From NCBI GenBank assembly GCA_964412965.1, contig CAYPQU010000001.1, positions 91,771-144,550 on the forward strand: a DNA stretch of 52,780 bases, given 5' to 3'. The stretch is from an uncultured Candidatus Saccharibacteria bacterium (GTDB lineage: Bacteria > Patescibacteriota > Minisyncoccia > Phycocordibacterales > UBA9973). Positions 37,083 to 45,191 of this stretch are shown in pieces. The position numbers and the translations under genes were made by a program. Positions within the stretch are counted from its first letter, which is position 1; each line of letters starts with the position of its first letter. Below the pieces are notes generated by a model. It searched no databases and had not been told where the DNA came from. It was given only the letters and a program-made list of their open reading frames with translations.

Positions 37083-37988
37083 TTATTCTGAAAATTTTTT
37101 TTGTAAACTATTCATTGTAGCTTCTATTTCCTCATTAATTTTATTGTAGAGTATAATTGATTTTAGTCCAGTAAGGGGGTCAATAATAGAATTTGATAGT
37201 CCTTCAATTGCTTGAGCAAGTTTTTCGTAATTATTTATTAAATTTAAATGATGCTGGTATAGAGTAGACGGCACTTCAGATAACAACATGAATTCTGACA
37301 AGCCTCTATAAACATCTGCCATTGATTTTGCTGTAATCAAAGGAATTGCATCTTGGTTGGCTATTCCTTGAGAAATTAGAACCATCTCACTGCCAAGATC
37401 ATTTTGTTCATAGATACTATACCATATTATCATGTCAGCGGCATAATCCGCAATAGAATCTTCTGTGTCGGCGACAATTTTAATATTATTTTGATTATAT
37501 TTATCAGGCGGTTCCTCTGCTATTATTTGCTGACCGATGGTTTCAGAAATAGAATTAATGTTTTCGTCGTTAATCTGGTCAGACCCAGAAAGTGATATTA
37601 TGGTAGCCAGGAGCTGTCTGGTCATTATTTCGTTGTCTGAAATGATGTTATTCTCTTTTTCTGGTGTAATTTCACCACTTTCTATCATTGTTTTTTTCTT
37701 AGCCAGGATAAAAGCTTTATTTTCCGGGCCATTTTTAGTAGGGTCTAATCCCCAAATATACTCTTCCCAATCAGGAATTCCGTTATTGTTACTGTCTTCT
37801 TGTATGATATCAGCCACTGTTGTTACCTCGACTTGTCCATTTTTATCCTTGTTTTTATTAATTAGATTTTTAGCAAAAGAAAAAGCTTCTTTTATTAAAA
37901 AACCAAGAGCCGCTACAACAACTATTGTTATCAAGCTCGTGGTGAATTTTTTACTCGGAAGATATTTTTTAAAATCTATTGTAGACAT
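37083..37988 (-). CDS. Single-TM protein with thrombospondin type 3-like Ca-binding repeat
   Basis: TM near the N-terminus, DSNNNGIPDWEEYIWGLDP, helical C-terminal domain. Confidence 0.7.
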   Translation of the reverse strand: MSTIDFKKYLPSKKFTTSLITIVVVAALGFLIKEAFSFAKNLINKNKDKNGQVEVTTVADIIQEDSNNNGIPDWEEYIWGLDPTKNGPENKAFILAKKKTMIESGEITPEKENNIISDNEIMTRQLLATIISLSGSDQINDENINSISETIGQQIIAEEPPDKYNQNNIKIVADTEDSIADYAADMIIWYSIYEQNDLGSEMVLISQGIANQDAIPLITAKSMADVYRGLSEFMLLSEVPSTLYQHHLNLINNYEKLAQAIEGLSNSIIDPLTGLKSIILYNKINEEIEATMNSLQKKFSE

Positions 37989-38029
37989 AATTTATCTTCA
38001 CATATTATACTGTTTATTTTATAAAAAAG

Positions 38030-38821
38030 CTACAAGTTAACCTGCTTCGCAATGTCGACCCAGTTTTGAGCTGTTAAATTTTCAGCTCGAGAATTTTTAT
38101 TTATTTCTAATTTGTTAAAAATTCTTTCAAGTTCATCTTTTTGCTTAAATGTTTTAGTTAAATTACTTAAGACTAGTTTACGTTTATGGGCAAAACCCGC
38201 TTTAAGTATTTCAAAGAATTTTTTTTCTGAGATATTGCCATTAAAGGTATTTTTTGAGATATCGGATATTAAAATAACAGCCGAATCTACCTTGGGAGAC
38301 GGGGAAAAGAATTTTTTGCCAACAGTCGTTATGTATTTGGGTAATCCGTAAATCTTTACGCTGATAGACAAAATACTTTCCTTTTTGTTTCTCGCGACAA
38401 TTCTTTCGGCTACTTCTTTTTGAACTAACAGTACCATTTTTTCGGGTTGCTTTTCTTCTTCTAAAAATTTTTTAAAAATTGCACCAGTAATATTGTATGG
38501 GATATTGGCTATCAGTTTATATTTTTTTATGTTTTTGGGAATACTAAAATCTAAAATATCTTGATTTAACAAGATAAATTGACCTGTTTTGGTTTCATTA
38601 GTGAATTTTTCTTGCAAAAACGGTATGAGTGAATCATCTTTTTCTATTGCAATGACTTGAACCCCTCTTTCTAGAAGTTTTTCAGTAAGAGCCCCCTTGC
38701 CTGGCCCTATTTCCAAAACAATATCTCTTGAAGATAGTTCACCTGCTTCACATATTCGAGCCAAAATCTTTTTTGATTTTAGAAAATTTTGCCCGAGAGA
38801 TTTTTTGGCTTTATGTTCCAT
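38030..38821 (-). CDS. rsmA: 16S rRNA m6,6A dimethyltransferase RsmA/KsgA
   Basis: AKKSLGQNFL, LEIGPGKGALT, IANIPYNITG, FSPSPKVDSAV, RAENLT. Confidence 0.97.
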   Translation of the reverse strand: MEHKAKKSLGQNFLKSKKILARICEAGELSSRDIVLEIGPGKGALTEKLLERGVQVIAIEKDDSLIPFLQEKFTNETKTGQFILLNQDILDFSIPKNIKKYKLIANIPYNITGAIFKKFLEEEKQPEKMVLLVQKEVAERIVARNKKESILSISVKIYGLPKYITTVGKKFFSPSPKVDSAVILISDISKNTFNGNISEKKFFEILKAGFAHKRKLVLSNLTKTFKQKDELERIFNKLEINKNSRAENLTAQNWVDIAKQVNL

Positions 38822-38858
38822 TTTTTTATTTTATCACTGAACTATATTTATATAAAGT

Positions 38859-40781
38859 TTATAAATAGACAATTCTTTCCCCACTAATACTGTGAGCCTG
38901 TTCAAATGAAGTTAGCCTTGATGGAATGTCATAGATAAATTCACTTGGAGAATTAACTTGCTTCATCCCAAAGATTGTTCTTAGAGAAGTATAGGTTAAA
39001 AATAATTTTTCTCGAGCTCTGGTGACTGCAACATAGAAAAGACGCCTCTCTTCCTCTTTATCCTCTTTTGTTTTTGAGCCATCTTTGGTGTGGGGGAAAA
39101 GGTCTTGCTCTAATCCGGCTATAAAAACATATTTAAATTCCAACCCCTTTGAAGCATGGACTGTCATTAACCTGACACCTTTACTTTTATGAAGAAGGGT
39201 ATCTTGGTCTGAAGACAAAACGGCATCTTCCAAAAGTTTTTCAACTCCATTTTCTTGATTGTCATACTTGAGGGATAGTGTTACTAACTCCATAATATTT
39301 TCTAGTCTTTCTAAATCGTCGCTTGAACCATTTTCTAACTCTGACTTAATTCCGGTTTTTTCAATAATAAATTTAATAATTTCAGATGGTTTGTTTTTTT
39401 CTGAAAATTCAAAAATATCTTTAAGGGTTTTGTAGAAAAGATTAATTTTATCCTGAGTTTTTTTAGGTAACTCTTCTTGTTGTCCGGCAAATAATTTTGC
39501 AATAGTGACTTTTCCCAATCCTCGAGTGGGGAAATTAATTATTCTTTTGATGTCAGAAAGATTGTCTTGATTATAAGCAGCTCTAAGATAAGCCAGAACA
39601 TCTTTTATTTCCTTTCTTTCAAAAAATTTTGTTCCAAGCACTTGATATGGTATTTGTCTTTGTAAAAAAGCTTCTTCTAAAACACGAGATTGAAAATTTG
39701 CTCTGTATAAAACCGCGATTTCTTCTGGGTCCACGTCTCTTAAGAGTTCATCAATTTTGCCTGCTATATAAGATCCCTCTGTTTGTTCGTCAAAAGATTC
39801 ACAAATAGTAATCGTCTCCCCCTCCTTGTTTTCGGTAAATAAGTTTTTAGGAACTCTATATTGATTTTTTTCGATAATTGAATTAGCTGCTTCGATTATG
39901 GTTTTTGTTGAACGATAATTTTGTTCGAGCATTACAATTTTTGCACTTGGAAAATCTTTTTCAAAGTGAAGCATGTTTTTAATATTAGCTCCGCGCCAAC
40001 TATAAATATTTTGGTCTGTATCACCAACAACACAAATATTCTCATCTTTGCCAACGAGTAATTTAGTAAGTTCGTATTGAACTTCATTGGTATCTTGGTA
40101 TTCATCTATGTGAATATATTGCCAACGATTTTGATATTTATGTTTTATTTCTGGATATTTTTTTAGAATCAAAACAGCTTCGAGTAAAAGATCATCAAAA
40201 TCCAAAGATTTTTCTTTTCTGTTTCTGGCTTCGTACTCACGCCAAATTCTGGCCACCATGTCTTGGAAGTGCCCGTTCGAATTTACACCAAATGTTTCTA
40301 CTGTAACAAAATCCCCTTTTGCTCTAGAGATAATAGATTTTATTTTTTTAGGTTCATTTTCTTTAGGATCAATATCAAAATCTTTCATGATGCTTTTAAT
40401 GTTAGATATAGCATCCCCCTCATCAAGAATAGAAAAATGTTTATTTAATCCTATGAGATGAGCATTTTCTTTTATAATATAAACGCCAAGAGAATGAAAT
40501 GTGGATATAAAAGGAATTTCGTTTTTAAAAGTCAAATCAAACCCATGTTCTTTTTCTTCAATCATTTTGAAAACTCTTTCCCTCATTTCTTTTGCGGCTT
40601 TATTTGTAAAGGTTATAGCTAAAATATTTTCAGGATTAATGCCCTCGTGTATTAAGTGCATTATCCTGGAAGTAATAGTTTTTGTTTTTCCTGCCCCTGC
40701 CCCAGCTACTATCAAAAGAGGTCCCTTGGTGTATAAAACAGCTTCTTTTTGTTGGTTGTTTAATGATTCCAGATAATCCAT
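38859..40781 (-). CDS. pcrA: UvrD/PcrA family DNA helicase
   Basis: AGAGAGKTKT, IDEYQDTN, VGDTDQNIYSWRGA, LEQNYRST, MTVHASKGLEF, EEERRLFYVAVTRA; lacks C-terminal Tudor-like extension. Confidence 0.95.
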   Translation of the reverse strand: MDYLESLNNQQKEAVLYTKGPLLIVAGAGAGKTKTITSRIMHLIHEGINPENILAITFTNKAAKEMRERVFKMIEEKEHGFDLTFKNEIPFISTFHSLGVYIIKENAHLIGLNKHFSILDEGDAISNIKSIMKDFDIDPKENEPKKIKSIISRAKGDFVTVETFGVNSNGHFQDMVARIWREYEARNRKEKSLDFDDLLLEAVLILKKYPEIKHKYQNRWQYIHIDEYQDTNEVQYELTKLLVGKDENICVVGDTDQNIYSWRGANIKNMLHFEKDFPSAKIVMLEQNYRSTKTIIEAANSIIEKNQYRVPKNLFTENKEGETITICESFDEQTEGSYIAGKIDELLRDVDPEEIAVLYRANFQSRVLEEAFLQRQIPYQVLGTKFFERKEIKDVLAYLRAAYNQDNLSDIKRIINFPTRGLGKVTIAKLFAGQQEELPKKTQDKINLFYKTLKDIFEFSEKNKPSEIIKFIIEKTGIKSELENGSSDDLERLENIMELVTLSLKYDNQENGVEKLLEDAVLSSDQDTLLHKSKGVRLMTVHASKGLEFKYVFIAGLEQDLFPHTKDGSKTKEDKEEERRLFYVAVTRAREKLFLTYTSLRTIFGMKQVNSPSEFIYDIPSRLTSFEQAHSISGERIVYL

Positions 40782-40811
40782 AGGTTTTTATTATATTCGG
40801 AAATGAGATAA

Positions 40812-40850
40812 AAACAAAACTCCTCCGACTGTGTCGAAGGAGTTTTGTTT
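40812..40850. terminator. Intrinsic terminator after the 100-aa acidic ORF
   Basis: AAACAAAACTCCT...AGGAGTTTTGTTT stem. Confidence 0.8.
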
Positions 40851-41151
40851 ATTCGGCGATTATAGTATCTTCGCTAGCTTCTTTTTCTTCGTTCGCTATG
40901 TTTTCAGATTCTTCCAGCATTAATTTTTCAAAATCAATTTCGGCTTCTTTGTCTGCTTCGTCTAACTCTTCTAAGCCTCGATTAATTTCATCTATGTTTT
41001 GATTTATTTCAGCATCTTTTTGGGTTATTTCTTTTTCAAAATCACCTGCAATGTTTTCTACATCTGCGCTAATACTCTTTGCTTCGTTGACCAGAGCTTC
41101 AATGTCGGCGATTAACTCGTCTTCGTTTTTTATTTTATCTTCATCGTTCAT
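40849..41151 (-). CDS. Hypothetical acidic coiled-coil protein
   Basis: 100 aa, D/E-rich heptads; ATGA overlap with the upstream gene. Confidence 0.65.
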   Translation of the reverse strand: MNDEDKIKNEDELIADIEALVNEAKSISADVENIAGDFEKEITQKDAEINQNIDEINRGLEELDEADKEAEIDFEKLMLEESENIANEEKEASEDTIIAE

Positions 41152-42605
41152 TTTGTTTCTATAAATTTATTTATAATTTTTCCATACATAGACTTTTCTA
41201 CTTTTCTGACTTTGTAGTATTGTTTTACGATTCTTACAAAATTTTCTTTTGTCATTTGATTTTTCGGAGGCATTCTTGTTGCTCGAATTATTTCTTCTGG
41301 TGGAATCATTAAGAATTCAGAGCTCTGTCTAACCTTTCCTTGCTCGTCTGTTACATGCTCTGAATTTTCAACAACTAGAATATTCCATTTTTCTGTTAGA
41401 TTTTCAAAACTTTCCATACCCTTATATACGATTTCAGAATTATTTTCTGAATCACTATAACCATATTGTTTTTCATATATGTCATTTCCCGGCTCACGTG
41501 GGTGACCTTCTGTTTCTTCGGTTCCTTTCCATTCATCAGCATATTTTCTTTCTTTTAACCCAAAATCGATTGGTCGATTATTTTTAACTCTAATGAAATT
41601 ATTTTTCTTATTCCTGTAAGGTTCAGCTTTTCTATTAACCTTAGCTATTTTTGCGTTGATCTCTTTCCTTCTGTTTGCTATTTTAGCTTGTTCTAATTGT
41701 ATCCCAGTATAAATATTATTAATCTGGTCGTTCAGTGCTTTTACGGAGTCGTTTTTTCTGATTTGTTTGTCTGAATAACCAGCTTTCATGTAGGCGGCTT
41801 CTATCTTAGCTCTAGTTTCTTCAATTTTTTTGACTTTAGCCTTTTGTTCATCTAGTCTAACTTCTGATGACATACAAAGAAGTTCGATTTCATTTCTTTG
41901 ATCTTCTAACATACCAAGCCTGCCCTCGATTGGAGAAAGTTTCTTCTCGTAATGAGTGATAAGCCTGTCTGCGATGGCATCTCTTTTGTTGGCAAAAAGT
42001 TTTATTCGATTTTCTCGATCCTCAATTCTTCCTTGCAGTTTATCCATTTTCTTTTCATTTTTAGTGATTTGATTTTCTACTCTCTTTTCTGCTCGAAGGT
42101 TGGATGCTACGCCGGGCAACCCCATTTCTTCTAATATTGATGAAGCTTTGGAAATTTCAGACTTAACATTTTCAAGAACATTGTTTTGGGATCCGAATGA
42201 ATCCATCTTGTCTTTGAGACGAGCAGCCTTTCCCTCTTTTTTGTCCATCCAAAATTGATTGTAGGCGATTTCCATTTTTCCAACAACCTTGTTTAGTCCA
42301 GGCGTCATATAAATTCCTTCGTAAGCATTAGACATTATTTCTTTTGCTCCACTTGAAATTTTGCCCCATAGACTTTTGTTGGGGCTCTCTATTGTTGGAG
42401 TAATTCTTTCGGGCTCCAATGAGGCTCGGTTTATGTTTTCGGGGGCGTTGTTTGTGGTGTTTGTTGTTTCCATATTATTTTGATTATTATTTATGTCGAC
42501 ATCTTCTGCGAAAACCATTAAATCAAATTTGGGCCAAAGGTGTTTGGCTGGTTCTGATTTTCCTTTTTGAGAGTTGTTTTTTTGTATCCCTTTAATTTTT
42601 TTCAT
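41148..42605 (-). CDS. Hypothetical long coiled-coil protein
   Basis: 485-aa ORF with ~250 aa of K/E/R heptads; alternative start at 42473; consensus promoter upstream. Confidence 0.7.
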   Translation of the reverse strand: MKKIKGIQKNNSQKGKSEPAKHLWPKFDLMVFAEDVDINNNQNNMETTNTTNNAPENINRASLEPERITPTIESPNKSLWGKISSGAKEIMSNAYEGIYMTPGLNKVVGKMEIAYNQFWMDKKEGKAARLKDKMDSFGSQNNVLENVKSEISKASSILEEMGLPGVASNLRAEKRVENQITKNEKKMDKLQGRIEDRENRIKLFANKRDAIADRLITHYEKKLSPIEGRLGMLEDQRNEIELLCMSSEVRLDEQKAKVKKIEETRAKIEAAYMKAGYSDKQIRKNDSVKALNDQINNIYTGIQLEQAKIANRRKEINAKIAKVNRKAEPYRNKKNNFIRVKNNRPIDFGLKERKYADEWKGTEETEGHPREPGNDIYEKQYGYSDSENNSEIVYKGMESFENLTEKWNILVVENSEHVTDEQGKVRQSSEFLMIPPEEIIRATRMPPKNQMTKENFVRIVKQYYKVRKVEKSMYGKIINKFIETK

Positions 42606-42673
42606 TTTTTATTAGTACCATTAGCCCCTTTATATTAAAACAAACATTTAATAATTTGTTTACTTATATTTAT

Positions 42674-42703
42674 ATTATATCACATTATTGCTTATATTGT
42701 CAA
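42674..42703 (-). promoter_or_regulatory. Consensus sigma70 promoter for the coiled-coil gene pair
   Basis: TTGACA-18 nt-TATAAT with extended TG. Confidence 0.7.
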
Positions 42704-42711
42704 TATATAAA

Positions 42712-42743
42712 AATAGCGCTAACTCGGTTGAGCTAACGCTATT
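42712..42743 (-). terminator. Terminator of the LysM lipoprotein gene
   Basis: AATAGCGTTAGCTC-AACC-GAGTTAGCGCTATT on the minus strand followed by T-run. Confidence 0.7.
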
Positions 42744-42765
42744 AATTTATTCGTGAGAAATTCGA

Positions 42766-43434
42766 TTATCTACGAACGGAAAGGCTTGTTCTGCCGTTCG
42801 CGTCCCGATTAAAAGTTGTTTCTCCAAACCCTCTAGAGGTTAGACTAAAACCTCCGTCGGGGCATGATTGATAATCCATGCTTGCCGGCCTTCCCACCAT
42901 ATAGAATGGCTCACAGCAATGATCTATTGAGTGTAGACCACATGGACGACACTGTCTGTGATATGACGACAATCCTACTAATCCAAATAGGAAGAACAGG
43001 ACTACTACTGATCCTACAGCAATCAACAGCCATCCCCACCATGGCACACCTACTGTTTCGGTGGTTGTGGTAACGTGGGTCTCTTCCGAAATGAAGGTTG
43101 GTGTTACCACCTGCCCCCTTATTCTGATTTGTTCGCCGGGATAGATAAGTACTATCCATTTCTCTCGTCCTTGGTCGTAATAAATACGGCTGGGCTCGTT
43201 GAGAAATGGATTTTCAGCGACGATATCACGCCACTGAGTTCCTGTGCCATATGCCTCATCTGAGTAACCCCAGATGGTGTCCCCTTTAACCACTTTTTTG
43301 AGAACGAATCCTTCGGATCCAATCTCTTTAACTGTTGTTTTCACAACAGTTGTGGTCTTAGTGTCCTTGTTTTGGCACGAAGCCATAAGGACAATAGAAA
43401 AGATGACCAAAAAGAAAGAAATGATATTTTTCAT
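42766..43434 (-). CDS. LysM-domain lipoprotein-like protein with TM and Cys-rich tail
   Basis: Lipobox LMASC at C20; VVKGDTIWGYS..AYG.G..WRDIVAENP LysM pattern; TM; CRPC..CC..C tail. Confidence 0.7.
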   Translation of the reverse strand: MKNIISFFLVIFSIVLMASCQNKDTKTTTVVKTTVKEIGSEGFVLKKVVKGDTIWGYSDEAYGTGTQWRDIVAENPFLNEPSRIYYDQGREKWIVLIYPGEQIRIRGQVVTPTFISEETHVTTTTETVGVPWWGWLLIAVGSVVVLFFLFGLVGLSSYHRQCRPCGLHSIDHCCEPFYMVGRPASMDYQSCPDGGFSLTSRGFGETTFNRDANGRTSLSVRR

Positions 43435-43498
43435 TTCTACTTGTGTTCAGTATTGCCCCCCTGTCCCCGGTTTAAATTTTTAACTAATCTTAATAAAA

Positions 43499-43527
43499 AT
43501 TGTATCACAATCAAGCTCAAAAGTCAA
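43499..43527 (-). promoter_or_regulatory. Sigma70 promoter for the LysM lipoprotein gene
   Basis: TTGACT-17 nt-TACAAT with extended TG. Confidence 0.65.
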
Positions 43528-43574
43528 GACCTATGCCCATATTATTACTTTCCTTTATCCTGTGTATAACTCGA

Positions 43575-43603
43575 TTGACTTAAATCTCCTTCTGGGCTAC
43601 CCT
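43575..43603 (+). promoter_or_regulatory. Candidate promoter for the LysM-M23 gene (long leader)
   Basis: TTGACT-17 nt-TACCCT (weak -10). Confidence 0.4.
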
Positions 43604-43960
43604 TAAATAGTAGGGTTCTTAGATGAGCCCTAATTTGTGCCGAAATCTAGAAATAGCCTTATTTTTTATTGGGCTTTCCGAAAGATTGTAACTTTTACAC
43701 AATAAACACTCAGACTTCAGCTTTCGCTTTGGCGGTCGGACTAGAAGTTCCTTTGTGGAGGTGTGGATGTGTAATATATTTATTTTATAGAAAACCAAAC
43801 TACAAAAGCAGAAGAGGGTTCATATTCTTCAAAAAGCCCCTTTGCTAAAATAGCCTTATCTAATAAGTCTTTAACCACAAAGGCTTGGTTCTTTTTTGCC
43901 ATTATTTTTGCTTTTACCAGCACCCCAGGCGTAGCCAGTGCTGGTCTTTTTTCTAATTTA

Positions 43961-44956
43961 TTGGGCGATTCGACCAATAAAGCAGAAGGATCTTCTGTCG
44001 CAACCGGAGAAACAGGATTTGTTCACAACTCGCAAACAATGCCTTTATTGGAAACACTTTCTATTAATCCTGATACAAAAAATATTTCAATCGATGAAGA
44101 TATCATAATTATTCAAGATGATTCTTTTATATATAACAACGCCCCTATTGATATGGGTATTTCATACGAGAAGAGTTCAATCTCTGACAAGATGTATGTT
44201 TATACTGTTCAAAAAGGAGATACTCTTTCTGAGATAGCCGAACTTTTTGATATTTCTACAAATACTATCCGTTGGGAAAACAAAATTTCAGGAGAAAAAA
44301 TATCAGTTGGTCAAAAATTAAATATTTTGCCGGTTACAGGTGTTAGACACACTGTTCAAAAAGGGGATACTATAGTTAAGATAGCTAATAAGTACGAAGC
44401 AGAATCAGAAGATATTTATATCTTTAATGATTTAACCAAAGAAAGCACTCTTAAGATTGGGGATATAGTGTTCGTGCCTAACGGTATTATTAAGCCTCAA
44501 GTGTCTGTTTCATCCGCTAAGACTTCTAGTTCTTCCTCAACTAAATCATCAAACACTAAAGCAGAAAGTGGATATTACATAAGACCTGTTTCTGGTATTG
44601 TTTCCTCTCCTTACGGTTCTCGAAAAGGTGGATTCCACTACGGAATAGATATTGCCAATAAAAGAGGCACACCTATCAAAGCAGCAGCTTCAGGGGTAGT
44701 GGTAAAAATTGTCACTGGCTGTAAAGAGGGTAATTCTAGTTGTGGAGGAAGATATGGTAATTATATAGCTGTCCAACATGCCAATGGAACAAAAACAATT
44801 TACGCACACTTGAATACAGTAGGAGTATCTTACGGTCAAAATGTTTCTCAAGGAGAAACTATTGGAACACTTGGAAACACAGGAAGGTCTACTGGTCCAC
44901 ACTTGCACTTTGAAATTGAAAATGCTAATGGATCAAAGATGCGTCCTCCATTTTAA
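43961..44956 (+). CDS. 2x LysM plus M23 metallopeptidase (peptidoglycan endopeptidase); true start probably upstream of the TTG
   Basis: YTVQKGDTLSEIA and HTVQKGDTIVKIA LysM; HYGIDI (HxxxD), GYGN-like YGNY, STGPHLHFE (HxH). Frame is open from 43775 and encodes a signal peptide before 43961. Confidence 0.9.
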   Translation: MGDSTNKAEGSSVATGETGFVHNSQTMPLLETLSINPDTKNISIDEDIIIIQDDSFIYNNAPIDMGISYEKSSISDKMYVYTVQKGDTLSEIAELFDISTNTIRWENKISGEKISVGQKLNILPVTGVRHTVQKGDTIVKIANKYEAESEDIYIFNDLTKESTLKIGDIVFVPNGIIKPQVSVSSAKTSSSSSTKSSNTKAESGYYIRPVSGIVSSPYGSRKGGFHYGIDIANKRGTPIKAAASGVVVKIVTGCKEGNSSCGGRYGNYIAVQHANGTKTIYAHLNTVGVSYGQNVSQGETIGTLGNTGRSTGPHLHFEIENANGSKMRPPF

Positions 44957-44967
44957 AATCTAATATT

Positions 44968-45002
44968 ATTAAAAGACCAGATTTATTATCTGGTCTTTTA
45001 AT
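44968..45002. terminator. Terminator after the M23 gene
   Basis: 15-bp perfect stem ATTAAAAGACCAGAT / ATCTGGTCTTTTAAT. Confidence 0.85.
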
Positions 45003-45051
45003 TTAAGTAAGCAATAGAATTATTTTTTAAAAACTAATTAAAAACTTCACC

Positions 45052-45089
45052 CCACCATCGCTGCAAGCGATCGCTTGCAGCGATGGTGG
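45052..45089. repeat. Perfect 38-bp loopless palindrome
   Basis: CCACCATCGCTGCAAGCGA|TCGCTTGCAGCGATGGTGG. Confidence 0.95.
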
Positions 45090-45191
45090 TTTTAGATAGT
45101 AAATAATTAAGTTGAATAATTTAATAAGCGTTTTTTGTTTTTTAACAACCCTCCCTGTCATGAAACTGAAGAGATTCTGGTTTTTTTGTTT

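Noticed and set aside
21074-37988. Integrative conjugative element or prophage
   Set aside because: No integrase, relaxase, coupling protein, terminase, capsid or att repeats; flanked by core genes with similar composition
40849-41151. WXG100/ESAT-6 family call for the 100-aa helical protein
   Set aside because: Right size but no Trp and no WxG motif, and no FtsK/EssC ATPase nearby
43635-43740. Definite c-di-AMP (ydaO) riboswitch
   Set aside because: Only short fragments match; the conserved GGAGGAAC, GGGGUGAAU and ACCCG elements are missing
43780-43977. 65-aa minus-strand ORF
   Set aside because: It is the antisense shadow of the open plus-strand frame encoding the M23 signal peptide
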